A DNA stretch of 64,000 bases from Clostridia bacterium. GTDB taxonomy: Bacteria > Bacillota > Clostridia > Oscillospirales > RGIG8002. Under the pieces are notes generated by a model, which saw only the letters and a program-made list of their open reading frames with translations, had not been told where the DNA came from and did no database searches. The stretch spans positions 1,412 through 65,411 of the forward strand of contig JAFZXI010000115.1 in NCBI GenBank assembly GCA_017616855.1, written 5' to 3'. The first letter of the stretch is position 1. Each line of letters opens with the position of its first letter. The position numbers and the translations under genes are program-made. Of this stretch, positions 36,929-46,557 are shown piece by piece.

Positions 36929-37978
36929 TCAGCTACCCAGACTCGAGGCGTCCGCAAGCTTCGCGGCGACGCGCAGGATCGAGAGCGCGTCGGCTACGGT
37001 GATCTTGCCGTCGCCGTCGACGTCGCCTATCGCGACGTCTTCGGGAGTTTCGGCGACAAGCTTCGCCGCGATGCGCAAAGCCGCGAGCGCGTCCGCGACG
37101 GTGATCTTGCCGTCCTTATCCATATCGCCCTTCATAAGATTCGTGAGCGTCGGGAAGCTGTACGACACTTCCAAAACGTCCGCGACGCCCGGGTAATCCT
37201 CGTCGTCGCTGTAAACGCTAACGTCGGCGCGTTTGTTATTGACGAGCACGTATTCGGGCACTTCGGTGAAGTAATAATAGTTATAATGCGCCAGGCGGAA
37301 ACAAACCGTATAGTCATGCCCTTCTTTGAACCGCGCATTCGCCCCCAATACGGTGTCTTCCGTCAGATCCTTCCATTGAAGATCCGTTATATAGCAATCC
37401 TGCGCACCGTTACGCTCGTTTTTCGAATCGACGCAGACGTCGAACGAAGGATTCTCGCCGACCACCGGGGGAACAACTCCTTTGACCGATATTTCTTCCT
37501 CTACGGGATACATCATCGGTTCGAACGCACAGCTCAACGTAAACGTGCGGTCCTGCGACGATTTCCTCCCTACGCCTTCGTAAACAACAATATCGGTATA
37601 GCTGACCGTAGTGACTAAAACTTTGATTCTGTACTGTCCTTCTATCAGGTAGTTAGGATAATGACTCTTAAAGGAAGTCACTGTTATTTGCAGCTTATAA
37701 GTATCTCCGAGGCTGAAAAACCCCACTTCATCGCCGTGAGTGTTATACCATTTATACGTAAATTCCGCTTCACCGGCTTCATCGAGTTCATGATGGCCGT
37801 ATTCATCATAGGTGCTCCACTTAACGCTCTGCACCAGTCCGTCGTCCTTCGGCGCGAGCGCAAGCACCTGGAAATACAGGGTGCGGTCTATGCCGCTGTT
37901 TGCGGCAAAAACGCCCGTCGGACAGAATGCGGCAATGATACATACAAGCAGGGCTATGGCTGTGAGTCGTTTTATCAT
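36929..37978 (-). CDS. secreted protein of unknown function with C-terminal dockerin
   Basis: Signal peptide MIKRLTAIALLVCIIAAFCPTGVFA. About 250 aa with no recognised domain. C-terminus GDMDKDGKITVADALAALRIAAKL...GDVDGDGKITVADALSILRVAAKL. Confidence 0.75.
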   Translation of the reverse strand: MIKRLTAIALLVCIIAAFCPTGVFAANSGIDRTLYFQVLALAPKDDGLVQSVKWSTYDEYGHHELDEAGEAEFTYKWYNTHGDEVGFFSLGDTYKLQITVTSFKSHYPNYLIEGQYRIKVLVTTVSYTDIVVYEGVGRKSSQDRTFTLSCAFEPMMYPVEEEISVKGVVPPVVGENPSFDVCVDSKNERNGAQDCYITDLQWKDLTEDTVLGANARFKEGHDYTVCFRLAHYNYYYFTEVPEYVLVNNKRADVSVYSDDEDYPGVADVLEVSYSFPTLTNLMKGDMDKDGKITVADALAALRIAAKLVAETPEDVAIGDVDGDGKITVADALSILRVAAKLADASSLGS

Positions 37979-38004
37979 GGTCGTTACCTCCGGGGGTGTA
38001 GTTT

Positions 38005-38222
38005 ATGGTCAGGTCACGGCTTCGCCTCCGGACGAGCAATGCTCGTCCCTACGGAGACGCCGCCTACGGCCGCTGTCATTCCGAGGAGGCGTCAGCCGAC
38101 GAGGAATCCCCTTCCCTTTTGCAACCGGCTGCAAAAGGCGGGGGATCCTTCGCTTCGCTCAGGATGACAGAAACGAGACTTTCGCGTGATTGCGCGGGCG
38201 ATTGATAATCGCCCCTACGATT
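38005..38222. repeat. composite intergenic repeat: hairpin+CTACG module (38030..38054), MITE-like unit (38075..38168), hairpin+CTACG module (38196..38220)
   Basis: GGACGAGCA-A-TGCTCGTCCCTACGG. Then GTCATTCCGAGGAGGCGTCAGCCGACGAGGAATCCCCTTCCCTTTTGCAACCGGCTGCAAAAGGCGGGGGATCCTTCGCTTCGCTCAGGATGAC. Then GGGCGATT-GAT-AATCGCCCCTACGA. Copies of each module occur at 7978-8108 and 63272-63296. Confidence 0.75.
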
Positions 38223-38224
38223 TA

Positions 38225-38797
38225 CTATTCAAACTCGTAACCCAATTCGAACGCGCGCTTGTTGAGCTCGAGGAACTTCGGCGGGACGGTGGCTTCTATC
38301 GCCTGCTCAAAAAGCGCCTTATCCGCGCCGGTGATATTCGCCATGACTCCGAGGAGGGCAATGTTTACCGCTTTCGCGCTGCCGGCGGCTTCCGCTATCG
38401 CGAGCGCGTCGACGGCCGTTACCTGCGCGCCGGCGGCAATCAGCTTATCCACGATGCCTTCCGGATACCCGGCGGCCCCGGTGACAACCGGCATCGGCAT
38501 TATCTTCTGCGTGTTGACAATTATGCGTCCGCCTTTTTTCAGCGAAGTTACGAAACGGAGCGCCTCGAGCTGCTCAAAGGCGAGCACGACGTCGGCTTCG
38601 CCCTCGCAGATAACGGGCGAGGCGACCTCGTCGCCGTGACGGACGTAGGTCACGACGGAACCGCCGCGCTGGCTCATTCCGTGGACCTCGGATATCTTGA
38701 CGTTTTCGCCCATGGCGGCGTAAAGCGCGCCGAGCACGCGGCTCGCGAGCAGTGTTCCCTGCCCGCCGACTCCGACGATAAGTATATTCTCAGTCAT
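38225..38797 (-). CDS. iorB: indolepyruvate oxidoreductase subunit beta
   Basis: 190 aa: NILIVGVGGQGTLLASRVLG...HGMSQRGGSV. Directly downstream of iorA. Confidence 0.85.
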   Translation of the reverse strand: MTENILIVGVGGQGTLLASRVLGALYAAMGENVKISEVHGMSQRGGSVVTYVRHGDEVASPVICEGEADVVLAFEQLEALRFVTSLKKGGRIIVNTQKIMPMPVVTGAAGYPEGIVDKLIAAGAQVTAVDALAIAEAAGSAKAVNIALLGVMANITGADKALFEQAIEATVPPKFLELNKRAFELGYEFE

Positions 38798-38800
38798 TTC

Positions 38801-40549
38801 TCAGCCCTCCCTCGCAGAAGTCGATATCGCACCGAACTTGCAAAGCTGCGCGCAGACGCCGCAGCCGACGCAAAGCTCGCGGTTGATCTGCGCCTTGCCG
38901 TCGATGATGCTTATCGCCGGGCAGCCGATGCGCATGCAGGCCTTGCAGCTCTTGCACTTCTCGCGGTCGACGTCGCAGATATTCGGGAACTTGACGTATT
39001 TGAGAAGCGCGCAGGGGCGCTTGCTGATGATGAAGCTGGGCTCGTCCGCCGCGAGCTCCTCGCGGATGACGCGCTCGGTCGTTTCAACGTCGTACGGATC
39101 GACGGTGACGACGCGCTTGATGCCTATCGCCTTGACGAGCGCGGGGACGTCGACGGCGGCGACGATGTCGCCCTTCAGCGTCTGCCCCGTCGTCGGGTTC
39201 TGCTGATGGCCGGTCATGCCGGTGATGGAGTTATCGAGCAGTATGACGTTGGAATTGCCCATGTTGTAGGCGATGTTGACGAGTCCGGTGATGCCTGAAT
39301 GCATGAAGGTGCTGTCGCCTATGACCGCGACGCTCTTCTTCGCGCTCTCGGCTCCGCGCGCTTTGTTGTAGCCGTGGAGCGCCGAAACGCTCGCGCCCAT
39401 GCAGACGGTCGTATCAATGGCGGTGAGCGGCGCGCCCGCGCCGAGCGTGTAGCAGCCGATGTCACCGCTGACGTAGACGCCGAGCTTTTTGAGCACGTAG
39501 AAAAGTCCTCTGTGCGGGCAGCCGGGGCACATGACGGGAGGTCTGACCGGCGCTTTTTCCGCGGTCTCGCAGCCCTTCACAGCGGCGACGCCGAGCGCTT
39601 CGCGGACCGTTACCTGCGAGAACTCGCCGCAGACCGGGAACAAGCTCTTGCCTTCGACTTCGATGCCGAGCGAACGGACGAAGCGCTCGATGACGGGATC
39701 GAGTTCTTCGATGACGACGAGGCGGTCGACGGAAGCGGCGAAGTCGCGTATCAGCTTCTCCGGCAGCGGGTTGACCATGCCGAGCTTCAGGTAGGAGGCG
39801 GAGTCTCCGAGCGCTTCGCGCGCGTACTGGTAGCAGTCGCCGGCGGTGATGACGCCGAGCTTTTTATCGTGGTATTCCACGCGGTTGAACCACGCGGTAT
39901 TCGCGAGTTCCGCGAGAGCCGCGGTACGCTGCTCGACGACGGGGTGTCTCCCCTTCGCGTTGGCGGGCACCATGACGAACTTCGCGGCGTTCTTTTCGTA
40001 ACTTTTAAGCGGCAGGTCGGCGCGCTCGGAAAGCGGCACCGCGCTCTGCGAATGCGCGACGCGGGTGCAAAGGCGCAGAATGACCGGCGTGTCGTATTTC
40101 TCGGAAAGCTCGTACGCCTCCTTGACGAAGGCGAGGCATTCGCCGGAGTCGGACGGCTCGAGCATCGGCACCTTCGCGCCGATGGCGTAGTTGCGGGAAT
40201 CCTGCTCGTTCTGCGAGGAGTGCATGCCGGGGTCGTCCGCGACCGCGATCACGAGGCCGGCGTTTACGCCGGTGTATGATACCGTGAAGAGCGGGTCGGC
40301 GGCGACGTTCAGCCCGACGTGTTTCATGCCGGTGAATGAGCGCGCTCCGCCGATGGAGGCGCCTATCGCCGTTTCGAGCGCGACCTTTTCGTTGGGCGCC
40401 CACTCGGCGTAAACTTCCGGAAACTTCGCCGCGAATTCAGTTATCTCCGTAGACGGCGTGCCGGGGTAGCTCGATACAACCCTGACGCCTGCTTCGTAAA
40501 GTCCTCTCGCGACGGCTTCGTTGCCTATCATGATTTTGTTCATAGTCAT
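38801..40549 (-). CDS. iorA: indolepyruvate ferredoxin oxidoreductase subunit alpha
   Basis: 582 aa with a TPP-enzyme N-terminus (GNEAVARGLYEAGVRVVSSYPGTPSTEI), GDSTFMHSG and C-terminal 2x[4Fe-4S] motifs (CKSCKAC...CP, CVGCGVCAQLC). Confidence 0.9.
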   Translation of the reverse strand: MTMNKIMIGNEAVARGLYEAGVRVVSSYPGTPSTEITEFAAKFPEVYAEWAPNEKVALETAIGASIGGARSFTGMKHVGLNVAADPLFTVSYTGVNAGLVIAVADDPGMHSSQNEQDSRNYAIGAKVPMLEPSDSGECLAFVKEAYELSEKYDTPVILRLCTRVAHSQSAVPLSERADLPLKSYEKNAAKFVMVPANAKGRHPVVEQRTAALAELANTAWFNRVEYHDKKLGVITAGDCYQYAREALGDSASYLKLGMVNPLPEKLIRDFAASVDRLVVIEELDPVIERFVRSLGIEVEGKSLFPVCGEFSQVTVREALGVAAVKGCETAEKAPVRPPVMCPGCPHRGLFYVLKKLGVYVSGDIGCYTLGAGAPLTAIDTTVCMGASVSALHGYNKARGAESAKKSVAVIGDSTFMHSGITGLVNIAYNMGNSNVILLDNSITGMTGHQQNPTTGQTLKGDIVAAVDVPALVKAIGIKRVVTVDPYDVETTERVIREELAADEPSFIISKRPCALLKYVKFPNICDVDREKCKSCKACMRIGCPAISIIDGKAQINRELCVGCGVCAQLCKFGAISTSAREG

Positions 40550-40648
40550 TCCTTCTTCCCTTTCGGAAGTATAATAGAGTTATTTTACAACAATCCGCGC
40601 GCTTTGTAAATAGCAATTTTGCTTAAATTACGCGTTTTATGGCAAAGA

Positions 40649-40678
40649 AACGCCGGAACGTGCGTGCGTTCCGGCGTT
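40649..40678 (-). terminator. terminator downstream of the dockerin-phosphoesterase gene
   Basis: AACGCCGGAACG-(TGCGTG)-CGTTCCGGCGTT, with a T-rich run on the minus strand (TTTCTTT). Confidence 0.55.
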
Positions 40679-40700
40679 TTTGTCGGTTTTATGCGGAGCG

Positions 40701-43328
40701 TCAGAGGGCTTCCGCGAGCCCGACCGCGACGCGAAGTATCGCGAGTGCGTCGGAAACGGTCACGCTCCCGTCGCCGTCGGCGTCGCCGAGGCGGAGCGCG
40801 TCGGGCGTTTCTTCCGCAAGCTTAGCCGCGATGCGCAGCGCCGCGAGCGCGTCGGATACCGTTATCTCACCGTCGCGGTCGAGGTCGCCCTTCGTGCCGA
40901 GCGCGGCGACGAGCGCGTCGTATTGTTCCTTGGCGGCGGCGAGCTTTTCGTAGGAGGTGATGAATCTCGTCTTCATCGTGTCGGATTCCCTGCCGCAGAT
41001 CTCGAGCAGGTCGGCGATCTCTTCTCCGTTATCAAGCGTTATCTCATCGGGGAGCGCGTCGATGCGCGCGTTGAGCTTGGTATAGAAGGATGTGCGAACT
41101 ATGTTCATGCCGTCCGACTGCGCGCTGCCGAGCGGATAGCAGGTGTATTCGCTTATGCGCTTGACGGTTCCGTCCGCTTCCCTTGCCCAGCCCTTAAGCT
41201 GCAGGCGGCCGTTTTCGATCTCAACGGTGCTGAACGTCGGCAGTTCCGGCTGGCAGGTCAGCGCAAAAGAGATAAGTCCGGTAAATCTCGACGGATCCGG
41301 ATCATGATATTTGCTTCCGGTAAGCGAGCCGCAGTTCGTATACGTCGTGCCGACAGGGTCTATTGTGTAGACCGTACGGACGCCGTTCTTGACGTCTATG
41401 ACCGAGCCGGAGTTTTCCGCCACGCGCGAGCCGCCCTTCATCGTATTCGTGCGAATCCAGACGTGATCGTGTCCCTGGAAGAATATGTCGACGCCGTATC
41501 TGTCGAGAATCGGGACGATAAGCGAGCGAAGCTCCTTCGTTTCAGAGTCGTACGTGTGCACCGGGAAGGAATACATTCCCTGATGTGATACGACGATCTT
41601 AAAATCCTTATCGGTGCTCGCGAGGTCCTGTTCGAGCCACGCGAGCTGCTTGTCGCGGAGCGAGCGGAAGTTCACCTTAAGGTAGTCGGGCTGGTATTCA
41701 TCGAGCCCGTCGTTCGCGGCGGCGATGTTGCCGTTGATGACGGTGAAGTGCACGTTGCCGTAGTCAAACGAATAGAAGAACCCGTGGTCGTATTCGCCGA
41801 GCGGATCAACGTAGTTATGCTTTCGCACCCAATAGGGATAATTGAAAGATGAGTTCCACGAATCGTAGCGGAAATCGTGGTTGCCCATCGTGGACGCGAG
41901 GGTCTGCGAGCGGAAGATATCCGATCCGCTCTGATAATACCAGTTCCAGCAGCGTTCACTCATCGCGGCGTCGGTTTCGTCGCCGGTGCAGACGAAGAAC
42001 TCCGCGCCGGTAAGGCGTACCGCCTCGTTCCACGAATACGTCATTTCCCTGTATCTTTCGCCGTAGGCGACGACGATGTCCTCCCACTGCGTCGCGCCGG
42101 ACGCTTCGGGCTGCGGGTCGCCGCCGATGAAAAAGGCGAACTTGCTGTCGCCGTCGTCGGTGCGCAGGTAGCACGGAGGCGACCAGACGTCGTCGCCGTT
42201 GCCGTAGCGATACCAGTATTCGCGCCCCGCCTCAAGGCCGTCGACCGTTACGTAATGGTAGTATTTCTTCCATTCCTCCGGGCCGGTGAGCGATCCCTTG
42301 AAGTCGTCGTAAAACTCCACGGTTCCGGTGTAGACGGCCGCAGCGGAGAAATCCTGTTCAATCGGACCGTACGGAATCACCTGAACGACCGAAGGCATAT
42401 CTTCGACCGTCGTCCAGAACATATTCCTGCAGGTGCCGGCGTTTCCGTTAAAATTGACGTTGAAGTGCCAGAGACAATCGGGGTGGGTATCAACGTTATG
42501 ATCTATGAAATAGATCGGAAGCGATCTCGCGACGCCGTATTCGTTGACGGCTTCGGCGCAGAACGCCTCGTCCTCGGCAAAGCTGCTTGCTTTATAGTTC
42601 AGCGAGCAGTTACCGGAGGATGTTTTTGTCTTCGTTGCGCCGTACTGGATATCCTTGTCGATATACGCCGCGGATGCGGTGTGGAGGTATATCCACTTAT
42701 CGGACGCTCCCTCGGGGAACGTTATACGGTAGCGGACCCTGCCGTTCTGCGCGTACTTCTGCGCGTCGACGGTGTAAGTCAGCGTGATCGTGCTGTTATG
42801 CTGTGTGTCGCGGGAGGTTTCGAAGTAGGCGTCCGTCGCCGGATCGTATACCTGCATTATCAGCGTCGCGTTCGCGTCCTTTGTGTGTCCCTCGAAGCCG
42901 AAAACGATATCTTTATCAACGCCGGCAACGTCGACTTCGAACGCCTGGTACGGCAGCGCGTCGCCGTCAGACGTCCAGGTCAGATAATAACCGTCGTCGG
43001 TGGCGTTTCCCATAGAGGTTTCGCGTTCGCTCTTTTTGCCTTGCGGCACGCCGCCGCCCGTCGTTGACTCAAAAGCGTAGACCGGCAGCTTTGTAGCGGA
43101 GTAGAAACTTACGGCGGTGGAAACGCCCTTTTGCGTGCCTATGTACGCTTGAATCATAACGCTGCCGGAGGACGTCAGAATGCATTTTGTGTTGCCGACA
43201 GTCGGGCCGGCGCCGTCAAGCGGAGCCGCGTCAGCCGTTACGGCAAGGCGCTGTATTACTCCGACTCCGAGCAGCATTATCAGGCATATCGCCAGCGATA
43301 TTACTCTCGCAGCAATCCTGTTTTTCAC
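40701..43328 (-). CDS. secreted calcineurin-like metallophosphoesterase with C-terminal dockerin
   Basis: 875 aa, signal peptide RVISLAICLIMLLGVGVI. Metallophosphoesterase motifs FFIGGDPQ, CTGDETD, MGNHD, VVSHQGMYS, FQGHDHVW. C-terminus GDLDRDGEITVSDALAALRIAAKL...GDADGDGSVTVSDALAILRVAVGL. Confidence 0.85.
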   Translation of the reverse strand: MKNRIAARVISLAICLIMLLGVGVIQRLAVTADAAPLDGAGPTVGNTKCILTSSGSVMIQAYIGTQKGVSTAVSFYSATKLPVYAFESTTGGGVPQGKKSERETSMGNATDDGYYLTWTSDGDALPYQAFEVDVAGVDKDIVFGFEGHTKDANATLIMQVYDPATDAYFETSRDTQHNSTITLTYTVDAQKYAQNGRVRYRITFPEGASDKWIYLHTASAAYIDKDIQYGATKTKTSSGNCSLNYKASSFAEDEAFCAEAVNEYGVARSLPIYFIDHNVDTHPDCLWHFNVNFNGNAGTCRNMFWTTVEDMPSVVQVIPYGPIEQDFSAAAVYTGTVEFYDDFKGSLTGPEEWKKYYHYVTVDGLEAGREYWYRYGNGDDVWSPPCYLRTDDGDSKFAFFIGGDPQPEASGATQWEDIVVAYGERYREMTYSWNEAVRLTGAEFFVCTGDETDAAMSERCWNWYYQSGSDIFRSQTLASTMGNHDFRYDSWNSSFNYPYWVRKHNYVDPLGEYDHGFFYSFDYGNVHFTVINGNIAAANDGLDEYQPDYLKVNFRSLRDKQLAWLEQDLASTDKDFKIVVSHQGMYSFPVHTYDSETKELRSLIVPILDRYGVDIFFQGHDHVWIRTNTMKGGSRVAENSGSVIDVKNGVRTVYTIDPVGTTYTNCGSLTGSKYHDPDPSRFTGLISFALTCQPELPTFSTVEIENGRLQLKGWAREADGTVKRISEYTCYPLGSAQSDGMNIVRTSFYTKLNARIDALPDEITLDNGEEIADLLEICGRESDTMKTRFITSYEKLAAAKEQYDALVAALGTKGDLDRDGEITVSDALAALRIAAKLAEETPDALRLGDADGDGSVTVSDALAILRVAVGLAEAL

Positions 43329-43452
43329 TTAACTTCCCTCCGATTCCGGTAATATTCACAATTCACATTTTAGCATATATCTCCGGTTAAGTCAAGGACC
43401 GCGGGGAACGTAATCCCGCGGTCCGTACGCAATATCCCGCTCGCGTCTTGAG

Positions 43453-43857
43453 TCAGACGGTGATGTGCGGATACAGTCTCTCTAAAGTCTTTTGCGATAT
43501 GCCCTTGACGTTGGTGATTTCCCACACGGTATCGAAATCGCCGTGCTCCTTGCGGTATTCTATTATCCTTTCGGCAAGGGCTTCGCCTATGCCGTCGAGC
43601 ATCATGAGCTCGTTCTTATCAGCGGTGTTAATGTTGACAACAAACTCGGTTTCAATCTGTCTCACGGTTGACGATTCGGGGACGAACACGAGCTCGCCGG
43701 AAACGTAAGAGCGTACAGTGAAATAGCCCGCCGCCACGATGAATACCACCGCAAGCGCAAGCGCGATTATTTCCGCGGGGCGGATTACCACAATCTTTTT
43801 CGCCTTTTCCCCGCTCTGCTCTTCGGATTCTGCCTTTTCTTCTTTTTCAGCGCGCAT
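43453..43857 (-). CDS. comEA: ComEA family helix-hairpin-helix DNA-binding protein
   Basis: ATG at 43857 (GGGGGA upstream); the track start is a TTG inside the upstream terminator. TM anchor, then ...VNINTADKNELMMLDGIGEALAERIIEYRKEHGDFDTVWEITNVKGI. Confidence 0.8.
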   Translation of the reverse strand: MRAEKEEKAESEEQSGEKAKKIVVIRPAEIIALALAVVFIVAAGYFTVRSYVSGELVFVPESSTVRQIETEFVVNINTADKNELMMLDGIGEALAERIIEYRKEHGDFDTVWEITNVKGISQKTLERLYPHITV

Positions 43858-43876
43858 CGCAATCCCCCGATAATGC

Positions 43877-43909
43877 AAAACGCACCTGATCGGTTAATCA
43901 GGTGCGTTT
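43877..43909 (-). terminator. rho-independent terminator after the glycyl-radical minigene
   Basis: Minus strand: AAACGCACCTGA-TTAACCG-ATCAGGTGCGTTTTG. Confidence 0.75.
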
Positions 43910-43920
43910 AGCGCGTTTAA

Positions 43921-44079
43921 TTACGCAAGACTGTGCTTTACTCTGTCTTTTTCTTCAGCGCGTTTCGCGTTGTTGAAGCGGTCGGTGGTGCCGACGAGGT
44001 AACCGGTAATTCTGCGGATTCTCTCGAAGCCGACGCCTTCGCCTATTCCGGTATCGGTGGTGGTAATGCTCTTAGTCAT
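43921..44079 (-). CDS. stand-alone glycyl-radical module of class III RNR (52 aa, corresponds to the NrdD C-terminus)
   Basis: Own translation; below the ORF-track size cut-off. MTKSITTTDTGIGEGVGFERIRRITGYLVGTTDRFNNAKRAEEKDRVKHSLA. AGGAGGG lies 7 nt upstream of the ATG. The motif R-I-T-G-Y-L..G....FN.AK..E...RVKH matches the E. coli NrdD C-terminus RRVCGYLGSPDARPFNAGKQEEVKRRVKH (recalled). Confidence 0.75.
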   Translation of the reverse strand: MTKSITTTDTGIGEGVGFERIRRITGYLVGTTDRFNNAKRAEEKDRVKHSLA

Positions 44080-44118
44080 TTTTCTTTCCCTCCTGTGTGA
44101 AATGTGGTTTATGTTAGT

Positions 44119-46389
44119 TTATTTTACTCCGTAGAATCTGGGCATATTCGGGTACTTTTTGCGGAGCTCCGCGAGCTTCTCGTAACTGACCTCTTCGCCC
44201 TCGTGTCTGCCGCAGCGCGGGCAGGTGTCGCCGATGACGCCGGTGTAACCGCAGACGGGATCGCGGTCGACGGGGTGGTTGACGGAGCCGTAGCCGACGC
44301 CCTTCTCCTTCATGCAGCGGATGACGGACTCGAACGCGTCAAGGTTCTTGCAGGTGTCGCCGTCGAGCTCAACGTAGCTGATGTGTCCGGCGTTGGTCAG
44401 CGCGTGATACGGGGCCTCAAGGGATATCTTCTCGTATGCGCCGATGTTGTAGTAGACCGGAACGTGGAAGGAGTTGGTGTAATACTCTCTGTCGGTAATG
44501 CCGGGCAGCTTGCCGTACTTCTGGCGGTCGATGCGGACGAAACGGCCGCTGAGGCCCTCGGCGGGAGTGGCAAGCAGCGTGAAGTTCAGGCCCTCGGCCT
44601 TCGCCTTGTCATCGCACATCTTGCGCATGTGGCTGATGATCTCAAGACCGAGCTTCTGGCTCTCGGGGCTTTCGCCGTGGTGCTTGCCGGTCAGTGCGAC
44701 GAGCGTTTCGGCGAGTCCGATGAAGCCGACGCTGAGCGTGCCGTGCTTAAGCACTTCGGCGACGCTGTCGTCGTCGCTGAGCTTCTGCGAGTCGATCCAG
44801 ACGCCCTGCCCCATCAGGAAGGGGTAGTTACGCACCTTCTTGGTGCACTGGATGCCGAAGCGGTGGAGCAGCTGACGGAACACGAGCTCCATGCGCCTGT
44901 CGAGTATCGAATAGAACTTATCGATATTGCCTTCGGATTCGAGCGCGATCCTCGGCAGGTTGATCGAGGTAAAGCTGAGGTTGCCTCTGCCGCAGGTAAC
45001 CTGACGGCTCGGATCATAGACGTTCGCGATAACTCTCGTGCGGCAGCCCATATAAGCGACCTCGGTGTTGAAATCGCCGGGCTTGTAATACGCGAGGTTA
45101 AAGGGCGCGTCGATGAAGGAGAAGTTCGGGAAGAGGCGCTTGGCGGAGGTCTTCATCGCGAGCTTGAAGAGGTCGTAGTTGGGATCCTCTTTGTTATAGC
45201 TGATGCCTTCCTTGACCTTGAAGATCTGCACCGGGAAGATCGGGGTCTCGCCGTTGCCGAGACCGGCGTCGGTCGCGAGGAGCAGGTTTTTCATAACCAT
45301 GCGCGCTTCCGGCGAGGTGTCGGTGCCGTAGTTGATGGAACTGAACGGGACCTGCGCGCCGGCGCGGGAGTTCATCGTGTTGAGGTTGTGGATGAACGCT
45401 TCCATCGCCTGGTAGGTCGCGCGGTCGGTGTTCCTCATCGCGGTCTCGACGGACTTGCGGTGCGCCTTCTCGGCGTTCTCGCGCTTGAAGCCCTTCCCGA
45501 CGATGTATTCGACGACCTTCGCGCCGTATTCGTCGGTGTTGCCCATGCGGACGTCGTCGCCGAGCGCGGCTTTCAGCTCATCTACGAATTTGTCGGCGTC
45601 GGAGAGGTCGTCGCCGTCGGCATAGAAGTAGAATTGCTTAAGCGCCTTGAAATACTCTTTTTTGAAGGTCTTAGCGACGCCGGGCGCCATGCAGTAGTCG
45701 AAGTTCGGCACGCTCTGGCCGCCGTGCATCTCGTTCTGGTTCGCCTGGATCGCTATGCAGGCGAGCGCGGAGTAGCTGGAGATGCCGTTGGGCTCGCGCA
45801 GGTAGCCGTGGCCGGTGGAGAAACCGCCCTTGAAGAGCTCCAGCAGGTTGATCTGGCAGCAGGTCTCGGTCAGCATGTAGAAATCCTTGTCGTGAATGTG
45901 GATGTCGCCGTGGATGTGCGCCGCGGCGATGTCCTTCGGCAGGATATAGTTATCGACGAAGTATTTGCCGCCCTCGGAGCCGTATTTCAGCATCGTGCCC
46001 ATCGAGGTATCGGCGTCGATATTCGCGTTCTCGCGCTTGATATCGGCGTCCGCGGCGGAAGAGAAGGTCAGTTCCTTATATATATCCATCAGGTCGGACT
46101 CGGTCTGACGGATCTTCGCGTGCTCGGCGCGGTAAAGAATGTACGCCTTCGCGATCTTGGAGTAGCCGTGCTCGATAAGCTTCTCTTCGACGAGGTCCTG
46201 CACCTCCTCGACGGTGGGTATCCCCGTCGACGGGATTGCGAGGATTACCTTTTCGGTAAGGTTATCGAGCTCAACGTCGCTGAGCCCGTTGGGATCGGCG
46301 GCGTCCGCCGCCTTCTTTATCGCTTCTCTTATCTTCAGCGCGTCGAACGGGACGACGTCGCCGCTTCTCTTTCTGATTTTCCAGATCAT
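44119..46389 (-). CDS. nrdD: anaerobic ribonucleoside-triphosphate reductase NrdD, lacking the glycyl-radical C-terminus
   Basis: Likely start is the ATG at 46389 (ATP-cone MIWKIRKRSGDVVPFDALKIREAIKKA); the track ORF extends to 46524. Class III RNR core, C-terminal Zn-ribbon ...DPVCGYTGVIGDTCPRCG. Ends ...PRFYGVK* with no R..GY motif. Confidence 0.9.
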   Translation of the reverse strand: MIWKIRKRSGDVVPFDALKIREAIKKAADAADPNGLSDVELDNLTEKVILAIPSTGIPTVEEVQDLVEEKLIEHGYSKIAKAYILYRAEHAKIRQTESDLMDIYKELTFSSAADADIKRENANIDADTSMGTMLKYGSEGGKYFVDNYILPKDIAAAHIHGDIHIHDKDFYMLTETCCQINLLELFKGGFSTGHGYLREPNGISSYSALACIAIQANQNEMHGGQSVPNFDYCMAPGVAKTFKKEYFKALKQFYFYADGDDLSDADKFVDELKAALGDDVRMGNTDEYGAKVVEYIVGKGFKRENAEKAHRKSVETAMRNTDRATYQAMEAFIHNLNTMNSRAGAQVPFSSINYGTDTSPEARMVMKNLLLATDAGLGNGETPIFPVQIFKVKEGISYNKEDPNYDLFKLAMKTSAKRLFPNFSFIDAPFNLAYYKPGDFNTEVAYMGCRTRVIANVYDPSRQVTCGRGNLSFTSINLPRIALESEGNIDKFYSILDRRMELVFRQLLHRFGIQCTKKVRNYPFLMGQGVWIDSQKLSDDDSVAEVLKHGTLSVGFIGLAETLVALTGKHHGESPESQKLGLEIISHMRKMCDDKAKAEGLNFTLLATPAEGLSGRFVRIDRQKYGKLPGITDREYYTNSFHVPVYYNIGAYEKISLEAPYHALTNAGHISYVELDGDTCKNLDAFESVIRCMKEKGVGYGSVNHPVDRDPVCGYTGVIGDTCPRCGRHEGEEVSYEKLAELRKKYPNMPRFYGVK

Positions 46390-46541
46390 TGCCGGCACCC
46401 TTTCTTTTATAATATTGTATATAAAGCCATGGAATCGCTGTTTCGGGAACGGCGCGCGGGCAGACTTCTCCCCTCGCGGAACCGTTGTGCGTATTATACT
46501 ATCACCTTTTTTCGCCTTTGTCAAGTACTTTTTTCAAAAAA

Positions 46542-46557
46542 TCCACAATATCTTGTG
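46542..46557. promoter_or_regulatory. candidate NrdR box upstream of nrdD
   Basis: CCACAATATCTTGTGT is a palindrome close to the recalled NrdR consensus (ACACnATATnTnGTGT). It lies just upstream of a minus-strand TTGACA-17-TAGTAT promoter candidate (about 46495-46525). Confidence 0.35.
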
